Assembly (NCBI RefSeq): GCF_006345805.1
Contig: NW_021835678.1
Location: 1 to 25,777, forward strand
Direction of reading: 5' to 3'
DNA: 25,777 nt
Source: Octopus sinensis
Taxonomy: Eukaryota
Shown here piece by piece: positions 10,163 to 18,600 of this stretch; the stretch's first letter is position 1, and each line of letters opens with the position of its first letter. The notes beneath the pieces are model-generated. The model saw only the letters and a list, made by a program, of their open reading frames with translations, ran no database searches and had not been told where the DNA came from. Made by a program: the position numbers and the translations under genes.

Positions 10163-10473
10163 CGTTTTGAGCTTTGGTTTGCAAGATCTTTATATGAGTT
10201 CGTGTGTTGAAGAAGAATTCTGTTGTGTCAGGGGAGAGTCATTTTCTTTTTGTGCCTTATATGGGTCAAGTGGTGGTGGTGGAGCAAACACACACACACA
10301 CACACACACACGACAGAATTCTTTCAGTCTCCGTCTACCAAAATCCACTCACAAGGGTTTGGTCGGTCCGAGGCTATATTAGAAGACGCTTGCCCAAGGT
10401 GCCATGCAACGGAACTGAACCCAGAACCATGTGGTTGGTAAGCAAGCGTCTTGCCCCACAGTCACGCCTGCGC
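9920..10473 (-). mobile_element. SINE family A, older copy interrupted at 10076-10262 by (CA)n/(TA)n and a family-P fragment
   Basis: 3' half at 9920-10075 (with a 29-bp local duplication of CTAAGTTATGGAGACGTAGACACAC). The 5' half resumes at GGTCAAG (about 10263) and ends GCCTGCGC at 10473. Confidence 0.75.
10161..10262. repeat. Family-P fragment (same as 14271-14370), abutting (TA)n
   Basis: TTCGTTTTGAG.TTTGGTTTGCAAGAT..TTTATATGAGTTCGTGTGTTGAAG ... GGGGAGAGTCATTTTC is near-identical to 14272-14370. Confidence 0.85.
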
Positions 10474-10530
10474 TAATTTGTTTCGACTCATTACTCTCTG
10501 GTTTGAAATTCCACCGAGGTCACGTTTAAG

Positions 10531-10940
10531 TACCTTTTTCTTTATTACCCACAAGGGGCTAAACACAGAGGGGACAAACAAGGACAGACATAGGTATTAA
10601 GTCGATTACATCGACCCCGAAAGGATGAAAGGCAAATTTATCGACCCCGAAAGGATGAAAGGCAAAGTCGACCTCGGCGGAATTTGAACTCACAACGTAA
10701 CGGCAGACGAAATACCTATTTCTTTACTACCCACAAGGGGCTAAACACAGAGGGGACAAACAAGGACAGACATAGGTATTAAGTCGATTACATCGACCCC
10801 AGTGCGTAACTGGTACTTAATTTATCGACCCCGAAAGGATGAAAGGCAAAGTCGACCTCGGCGGAATTTGAACTCAGAACGTAACGCAGACGAAATACGG
10901 CTAAGCATTTCGCCCGGCGTGCTAACGTTTCTGCCAGCTC
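10531..10940 (-). mobile_element. tRNA-derived SINE, family B, tandem dimer
   Basis: Head GAGCTGGCAGAAACGTTAGC (10940), B box GAGTTCAAATTCC (10875-10863). The body 10713-10897 is repeated at 10531-10715. Confidence 0.85.
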
Positions 10941-11506
10941 TACACAGTTAGTTGGCGGGAGGTCGACCGCCTTCCTCCAAGTCTTTGTTTTTTTACCCTG
11001 TGCCTATCTTACAAACACTCGCTTCGACAAAATAACCTTCGCTGCCTTTCTTCAAAGATGCCAATTTTCGTATGATTGAACCTGTTCGATGATTGATCAA
11101 TATAAATTAGAATCCACAAGCAACTCTAACATAATATAGTAGATTCACGCCACCACCAGCCTCATCAAGCAACCGCCATCCCGCCCAGTTAAAAATAAAA
11201 TCACTTCTAATTGTAGAAATAATTATCAAAGACAGTTAACAGCGGCCATTGCTATATTATTTTTAATTAAAAAAAAAGACACATCTCCCCCTCCGTTTCC
11301 CTCACATTTTAATTCAAGCGACAAACGGACGATACAAGGGAATCGACGTCAGATTTTTTTTTCTCGTGTTTTCTACGTCAACATAATTTTTTTTCAATAT
11401 ACCGGAAGTGTTTTTAAGTCTATTTATGTCAAACGGAATCAATAAATTGTCCGCCATATCAAGAATTCTAACTAGCAATCCATATTTATAACATGCTCTA
11501 TTCTCC

Positions 11507-11511
<5 letters not shown>

Positions 11512-11558
<47 letters not shown>

Positions 11559-11642
11559 AACACACAGACATATGCATATACTTATATCTACATACACACA
11601 CAAATCTTCAATCATATATATGTTCATGTGTGTACAAACATG

Positions 11643-11696
<54 letters not shown>

Positions 11697-11780
11697 AACA
11701 CACATACATATGCATATACTTATATCTATAAACACACACAAATCTTCAATCATATATATGTTCATGTGTGTACAAACATG

Positions 11781-11834
<54 letters not shown>

Positions 11835-12055
11835 AACACACATACATATGCATATACTTATATCTACATACACACACAAATCTTCAATCATATATATGTT
11901 CATGTGTGTACAAACATGTCTACACACACACACACACACACACACACCACATATATATATATATAAACACACATACATATGCATATACTTATATCTACAT
12001 ACACACACAAATCTTCAATCATATATATGTTCATGTGTGTCCAAACATGTCTACA
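11512..12055. repeat. Minisatellite, 4 units of about 131-138 bp, each containing a variable (CA)n
   Basis: Anchor TCTTCAATC at 11605, 11743, 11881 and 12012. Confidence 0.92.
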
Positions 12056-12439
12056 TAGACACACATATACGCACACAACAAACATATGTATATCGATACT
12101 TATATACATATATGCGTCTATATACACACATCTTGCCAGTAAAAAAAAAAATTACAAACACTTATTTGTAATTTAAAAAAAGAAATGAAAAGGATAAAAA
12201 TGTTTTGATTTGAGAAACGAAATGAAATTTTAAAGATTTTGTTAAAACAAGAAATAAAACGACACAGTTTCGGTTAAAGAAGTTTGTTTCAATTAATATG
12301 TAGAGATCTTCAGGGAAGAAGGTAAAAATAACCTATCCAGGTGGAGTGGTGGTGGTGGTGGTGGCGAAGTCAGTGTACAGCTGGAGCAGTGTAACACAAC
12401 AACAACAATAATACTTAGTGGCTTAGATCACTGGTTCTG

Positions 12440-12567
12440 ACACATACATGCACACACACGTATATAAAGACGTACATAGAGACGTATTCATATACATACA
12501 TACATGCATACGTACACACGTATACACATACAGACATACATACGCACACATGCAGACAGACAGACAG

Positions 12568-12608
<41 letters not shown>

Positions 12609-12630
12609 CACACAATACACATATGTACGT

Positions 12631-12711
<81 letters not shown>

Positions 12712-12952
12712 CACACATACACATATGTACACACATACATACAACAAAATATACACCTACATACATTTGCACATACGCACAAACACATCGACACATATAT
12801 ACGCATACATACATAAACATACACATATACACTGATACACATAAAATACACACACAAACACGTACACAAGCAAACACGCACGCATGCACGCACACACACA
12901 CACGCGCACACACACACACGCACACACACACATACGCACACGCACACACGCG

Positions 12953-13005
<53 letters not shown>
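12440..13005. repeat. Compound (CA)n/(TA)n/cryptic simple-sequence region
   Basis: Direct reading. Confidence 0.9.
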
Positions 13006-13184
13006 TTCCAGAATTGGAATGTGTATTTCTGTCATTTAAACGAAAAACTGAAACGAAAATAGAACACGAGATTGTAGAAGGACAGAATTAGAGAATAAGA
13101 ATAACGGAATGGTGGAATGAGCAAAAAGTATTACAATCATAGAATGAGAGAATTGCAGAATAGTATTGCGATTGAATATATATA

Positions 13185-13395
13185 TTCTTTTACTTTCTAT
13201 TCTTTTACTTGTTTCGGTCATTTGACTGCGGCCATGCTGGAGCACCACTTTTAGTCGAACAAATCGACCGCAGGACTTATTCTTTGTAAGCCTAGTACTT
13301 ATTCTATCGGTCTCTTTGTGCCGAACTGCTAAGTTACGGAGACGCAAGCACACCAACATCGGTTGTCAAGCGATGGTGGGAGGACAAACACACAC
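13185..13395 (-). mobile_element. SINE family A, 3' half
   Basis: TTTTACTTGTTTCGGTCATTTGACTGCGGCCATGCTGGAGCACC ... GGTTGTCAAGCGATGGTGGG. Confidence 0.85.
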
Positions 13396-13415
13396 AAACA
13401 TATACATACATACAT

Positions 13416-13470
<55 letters not shown>

Positions 13471-13734
13471 CATGTACACAAATACATACACATATGCACC
13501 TACATACATTTGCACATACGTACAAACACATCGACATATATATACGCATACACACATACACATTACACTGATACACACACATAAAATACACACACACACA
13601 CACACACTCACACACATCTTTCTTTCTCTCCGTTGTAGCTGGAACAAAGAAGACCTGATCTTGTCTGTCTCCTGTCAAAGCTTGATCTCCGCGTTCGCCG
13701 CCACAGCCTCGTTTAGGCTCAGCAGCCCTTCCTG

Positions 13735-13915
13735 TTTGTTTCCACCGTCCTGTTTGTGTTACCTGTTTTGACCCTCCGCAAAATCCCAAATTTTATTTAA
13801 TTTGCTTTGCGGAAGCAACTGTTGTATCGAAAGCGTATCTTGTTGTTAAATGCTCGAAATACGAGACTAGAAAAACAGCCAACAACTGATGAAGGGTCGT
13901 TCTTTATGTTATTTG
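13735..13915 (+). repeat. Dispersed repeat homologous to 5355-5530
   Basis: Same shared blocks as 5355-5530. Confidence 0.55.
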
Positions 13916-14039
13916 TTTTGTTTTCCATTTGTGACTTTCGTTGTTCGAAAGAATAGTTCATGTTCCATGTACTCATGTACTCGTACTTTCGTACTACATA
14001 TGCACACACACACACACACGCACACACACACATACATAT

Positions 14040-14245
14040 GTTGACCTCGTGAGACCACTTGCATTTTTTCCCTCTGTCCTCCCACCTCGGGATCTTTCTT
14101 TCTCTTATGTTTCCGACGAAGAGCTCCGCTCGAAACGTCATACCCTCCTTCTTCCCTTTTTTCCTGAGCGCCTAATAATACTTTAATTGTTCCACCTCTT
14201 TGCGTTGTTGTCTTTTTTGTTTTCTTGTTTGGATTAACTTTATAT
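14040..14245 (+). mobile_element. Putative Penelope-like terminal-repeat fragment carrying a CCGACGA hammerhead-like motif (14109-14143)
   Basis: GTTT-CCGACGA-A-GAGC[TCC]GCTC-GAA-ACGT-C-ATAC. Related copies at 9477-9511 (+) and 22043-22078 (-). The 3' end abuts (TA)n. Confidence 0.6.
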
Positions 14246-14270
14246 CTATCTATATATATATATATATATA

Positions 14271-14660
14271 TTTCGTTTTGAGATTTGGTTTGCAAGATTC
14301 TTTATATGAGTTCGTGTGTTGAAGCATATTCTGTTGTGTCAGGGGAGAGTCATTTTCTTTTTGTGCCTTATAAAGTAACACACTCACCGGTAAAATTTCC
14401 ACTTTTTTCTTATTTTTATTTTACTAAAATTTTCGTTGCATCTTCCAACCTTTTCAATAGTCAAGACTATTGAAAAGGTTGCAAGAAGCAAGACACAAAA
14501 ACAAAACTACTCTCTCCAGACACAACAGAATATGCTTCAACATACGAACTCATATAAAGAATCTTGCAAACGATATATGAGTTCGTACGTTGAAGCATAT
14601 TCTGTTGTGTCTGGGGGAGAGTCGTTTTGTTTTTGTGTCTTGCTTCTTGCAACCTTTTTC
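14271..14660. mobile_element. Family-P (putative Penelope-like terminal repeat) in three alternating orientations (+/-/+)
   Basis: Copy A 14271-14462, inverted copy B 14465-14571, copy C 14574-14658. B and C share a 68-bp deletion (14368-14435 of A). Confidence 0.8.
14423..14461 (-). ncRNA. Minimal type I hammerhead motif with U3-A8 variant core
   Basis: Minus: ACTA-TTGAAAA-G-GTTG[GAAGATG]CAAC-GAA-AATT-T-TAGT. Confidence 0.55.
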
Positions 14661-14979
14661 TCTTGGCTTTATTGAGAAAATTCTATAGTTTGTAACATAT
14701 TTGTTGTTTTTTTTCTTCAATTTCTGCAATTTCAACCAATCACTGACGTCTATTAAGGTAAAAAACATTCTGTGCCATATGAAAATGTCCCACGTTTAAG
14801 AAACAGATTGAGTTTATTTACATTTGTGAAGAAAAAAAGATACCCTTCCCTCCACCCCTAACCCTAAAACAGATTGAAATGCAATAGATCGATACTAGGG
14901 TCATAATTATGGGTGACAATTTCATATGACACCGCTAGAAAAAACTGCCGTTCAAACCGAAAAGATCCGAAACTTTAGT

Positions 14980-15075
14980 CATCGAACCCTGAAGAATAAA
15001 AAACAAAGCTGACCTCAGCAGGATTTGAACTCAAGAAGAAAGTTCATTCGACGCTCTAACGTTTCTTGCGATTCT
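14980..15075 (-). mobile_element. SINE family B, degenerate 5' fragment
   Basis: CAAAGCTGACCTCAGCAGGATTTGAACTC ... CTAACGTTTCT aligns to 10845-10935. Confidence 0.6.
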
Positions 15076-15191
15076 CCGATTTAGCTGTTGTTTCTAGCAG
15101 ATAGTGACCGTAGCGAGAGCTTCTAGTGAATTCATGTTTTCCCCACCGGCACCGGAAGATTAAGTTGGATATCGGCACTAGCAAAACCTCA

Positions 15192-15220
15192 AGGTCATAC
15201 GGGGTCATGACCTCTGACCT
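15192..15220. promoter_or_regulatory. Cluster of four RGGTCA nuclear-receptor half-sites (DR4 + IR0 + DR1)
   Basis: AGGTCA-tacg-GGGTCA-TGACCT-c-TGACCT. Function is inferred only. Confidence 0.4.
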
Positions 15221-15284
15221 TCATCCCGTTCAACTAAAGATTGTAAAGAGAGAGTAAGAGAAAAAGAGAGGGAAAAGAATACAT

Positions 15285-15327
<43 letters not shown>

Positions 15328-15826
15328 CGTGTGTATGCTTGCGTGGTATATAAATGTTGTGTGTTTAGATATGTTTGTGCGTGTGTGTAAACATGCGTGT
15401 GTATACATACATATACATACGTACAGAGAATGTGTGTGTAGATAACATCAGTTCTGTGTATATATGTGTGTATACACACATACATGCACATACATACATA
15501 CTGAAAATATGTGTGTGTGTGTGTGTGTGAGTCATTTCCTCGTGACCTGTCCACTGACAGACGATAACAACCCACCCCCCAACTGCAGAAGGAAGGAGGA
15601 TCACACAAAGACAAACAAGCAACGAAGCAGTGTCTGTGGATGGCTTCCATTCCAGTCGTTGTTTCACCAAAATATTTCAGGAAGAAGCAAATATTTCCTG
15701 AGACACTCTCTCCTTATCAGATTTCCAAAATAAATTGTTTTTCGTTCGAGGTCACGTTTACCAAAATAAATAAACAAACGCAACGAATAAAAAAAATGAA
15801 CGCCATAAAAAACACAACAGAATATT

Positions 15827-15857
<31 letters not shown>

Positions 15858-16017
15858 TTGTTTGATTTATCGATTTCGACGTAATTTCTAAATTCGAGAG
15901 GTTCTTCTTTCTCATTTTCTAAGGAGAAATTTATTTCTCCCCCGACGATGGATGGTCCAACAAAGACAATGCCAACCTTCTCTTCTTTCACATGAACAAC
16001 TTTTCATCTTGTATCTT

Positions 16018-16181
16018 TGACTTGTTTTAGTCATTGGATAGCGGCCATGCTGGGGCACCTACCGCTTGAAGAAGTACTATAGTCGAATGAATCAACTCCA
16101 GGACTTAATTTGTTTCTTACAGCCTAATACTATTTTATCGGTATCTTTTGCAGGGACGCCACCGGTTGTTAAGTGGTGGTG
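16018..16181 (-). mobile_element. SINE family A, degenerate 3' part
   Basis: GACTTGTTTTAGTCATTGGATAGCGGCCATGCTGGGGCACC ... TATCGGTATCTTTTGC ... CGGTTGTTAAGTGGTGG. Confidence 0.7.
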
Positions 16182-16564
16182 GTCCATCACTATAATCCAG
16201 AGAGCAAAGCCCAGTCAATGCAGTGGAAGCACCGTGACTCACCTCCTCCAAAGAAGGCAAGAGTGCAGCCCTCCGCTGGCAAGGTCATGCTCACAGTCTT
16301 CTGGGACCAGGACGGAGTAGTGATGACTGATTTCCTGGCAAAGGGTACCACAATTACAGGAGCCTATTATGCTTCACTTTTGAGGAAATTAAGAGAAGCT
16401 ATCAAAATCAAGAGGCGGGGCAAGAGGAGGTGAGTCACGGTGCTTCCACTGCATTGACTGGGCATTGCTCTCTGGATCATAGTGATGGCCCACCACCACT
16501 TAACAACCGGTGACGTCCCTGCAAAAGATACCGATAAAATAAGTATTAAGCTTTAAGAAACAAA
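16109..16564. repeat. Inverted duplication (about 140-bp arms, 175-bp spacer) spanning the SINE-mariner junction
   Basis: 16109-16248 is the reverse complement of 16424-16564 with a few mismatches and one indel. Confidence 0.92.
16181..16425 (+). pseudogene. Internal fragment of the adjacent mariner transposase (no TIRs), opposite orientation
   Basis: VHHYNPESKAQSMQWKH..KVMLTVFWDQDGVV..KRRGK. About 3 differences in roughly 245 bp from the reverse complement of about 17330-17575. Confidence 0.92.
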
Positions 16565-16831
16565 AAAACACACACAAACAAACAACAAACGATAGAGATG
16601 CAAAATGGAATACACGGGAAACTTTATTCCAGCGATGGTTTCGACCCTTTCTACATCGATCTTTCGCAGGTGGGAAGCAATTCAACAAGTCGTGATGCCT
16701 CCCTCGGTGCAGAAGCATCAGGTGACGTCACAAGACGTATCTCGTTATATGAACTGTTTCGATCTAACACAGCATTTTGTTAGTGTCCATAAGTTTAAGC
16801 CGTTGGGCAGGAATATAAGAATAAAGAAATT

Positions 16832-16910
16832 TGTAGTAAGAAGCAGGCTTCCCAACCACAGGGTTCCGGATTCAATCCTACAGCGTGGTACCTTGAGTAC
16901 GTATCTTCTA
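16832..16910 (+). mobile_element. SINE family A, degenerate head, ending at the (TA)n where the mariner is inserted
   Basis: GTAAGAAGCAGGCTTCCCAACCACAGGGTTCCGGATTCAATCC ... GTACCTTGAG ... TCTTCTA. Confidence 0.65.
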
Positions 16911-16929
16911 TATATATATTGTATATATA

Positions 16930-18215
16930 CGAGGGGCGTTCAATATGTAATGCCCCTGACCCACTTCCCATAGCAGTAGAGCAACGAAACTTGGCACAGT
17001 TATTAATCTTTTTCTACATAGGAACCACCCAGAGTTACGCATTTCTCCCATCGTTTGATGCAGCTCTGGAGACCGTTTTTGTAGAAGACCCCCAGCTTGG
17101 TCCTCCAACCATGACGTAACTTCAGAAATCAAGGCTGCATCATCTGGGAAACGCTTTCCTTTCAAAAACAACTTCATGGCTGGGAAGAGGTGAAAATCAG
17201 AGGGTGCAAGGTCAGGAGAGTAGGGGGGTGGGGGAGGAGTTCATAGCCGCACGCCTGTGCTTCTGATCTGGCGACACGCGAGTTGTGGACCAGAGCGTTG
17301 TCCTGCAGGTAGAGGATGTCTTTGCTGATCTTGCCCCGCCTCTTGATTTTGATAGCTTCTCTTAATTTCCTCAAAAGTGAAGCATAATAGGCTCCTGTAA
17401 TTGTGGTACCCTTTGCCAGGAAATCTGTCATCACTACTCCGTCCTGGTCCCAGAAGACTGTGAGCATGACCTTGCCAGCGGAGGGCTGCACTCTTGCCTT
17501 CTTTGGAGGAGGTGAGTCACGGTGCTTCCACTGCATTGACTGGGCTTTGCTCTCTGAATCATAGTGATGGACCCAGGTTTCATCCTGTGTCGTCAGTCTT
17601 TCGAAAAATTTTGACTCTTCTTGGCACATCTCTAAATTCATCCTCGAGCACTCGACGCATTCTTGCTTCTGGAAAGGTGTGAGCAACATGGGAATCCATC
17701 TGGCAGAGACCTTTTGCATATGCAAATGGTTATGAATGATAGTTTCCACAAACCCGGTACTAATCTTGACCTCATGAGCTATTTGGCGAATAGTTATGCG
17801 TCGATCTCCCAAAATGGCAGTCTCAACTTGACGGACAGATGCCTCATCAATGGCAGAGGTGGGACGACCAGATCTGGGAGCTGTTTCCACAGAGTTCCGA
17901 CCATGTTTGAATTCACGATGCCAGCGTTTTACAAGGTCATATGATGGGGCATCATCACCATAAGTTACTTTCATTTCATCAAAAGTCTCCCGTGGTGTGC
18001 GTCCTTTCAAATACAAAAATCGGATCACTGCTCGACACTCAACAGGTTCCATTTCACACTTGACTCAGTTCAAACGCCTGTAAATCAGACACCACAATTA
18101 GTTCAGAGCTGTAATTTGCCACTTAATCTATAGAGATATAAATAATTGCACATGCAAACTTTCAGATCAAACAACTGCAAGTGGGTCAGAGGCATTACTT
18201 ATTGAACGCCCCCCG
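16930..18215 (-). mobile_element. Full-length mariner (Tc1/mariner, D,D34D; irritans/Bytmar-like by motif), 1286 bp
   Basis: 37-bp TIRs CGAGGGGCGTTCAATATGTAATGCCCCTGACCCACTT (16930-16966 and 18179-18215, 3 mismatches). TA TSD at 16928-29 and 18216-17. Confidence 0.95.
17003..18052 (-). pseudogene. Mariner transposase with two compensating frameshifts (about 349 aa when repaired)
   Basis: MEPVECRAVIRFLYLKG, RWIPMLLT, TQDETW, LQDNA and (repaired) HPPYSPDLAPSDFHLF..RWEKCVTLGGSYVEKD*. A 1-bp deletion lies in the homopolymer at 17223-17228 and a 1-bp insertion at 17089-17093. Confidence 0.92.
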
Positions 18216-18246
<31 letters not shown>

Positions 18247-18265
18247 TATATAATATATATATATA

Positions 18266-18307
<42 letters not shown>

Positions 18308-18329
18308 GTATATATATTGTATATATATA

Positions 18330-18385
<56 letters not shown>
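18216..18385. repeat. Imperfect (TA)n microsatellite
   Basis: Direct reading. Confidence 0.95.
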
Positions 18386-18430
18386 GAATAAATAAATAAA
18401 TGGAGTTGAACGAAGATGTTATCAAAATTC

Positions 18431-18521
18431 CTTTACTCTCGACATATGTTTCGAAGACAACATGGCTTTATTCCAAAGGAATAAACGGTGTAAGATGCAA
18501 TCTTCTCATCAGGAAAGAAAG
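18431..18521 (-). ncRNA. Canonical type I hammerhead ribozyme within a 175-bp unit (18386-18560) flanked by TA-rich tracts
   Basis: Minus: stem I CTTTCTTTC / GAGAG-T-AAAG; core CTGATGA (18512-18506); stem II GAAGAT / GTCTTC; GAAA (18452-18449); palindromic stem III ACATATGT; C17 at 18441 (GUC triplet). Confidence 0.82.
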
Positions 18522-18600
18522 GGACCCTCTCTCAACAACAAGACAATTACGACTCTCATCATATATATATTGTATATATATTATACATATATATTATATA

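Noticed and set aside
5563-13800. Many ORFs rich in HTHT, YIYI or CVCV
   Set aside because: They are translations of (CA)n/(TA)n/(TG)n tracts, which lack stop codons in some frames.
14856-14867. CCCTAACCCTAA telomere-like motif
   Set aside because: Only two units, inside a dispersed-repeat-like fragment.
15758-15991. Minus ORF with poly-Ala (MKEEKVG..)
   Set aside because: Driven by a (CTG)n tract, with no domain or convincing splice sites.
16930-18215. Cargo nuclease (Fanzor/TnpB-like) in or near the mariner
   Set aside because: The element is fully accounted for by TIRs, UTRs and transposase. No RuvC-like ORF is seen in the window.
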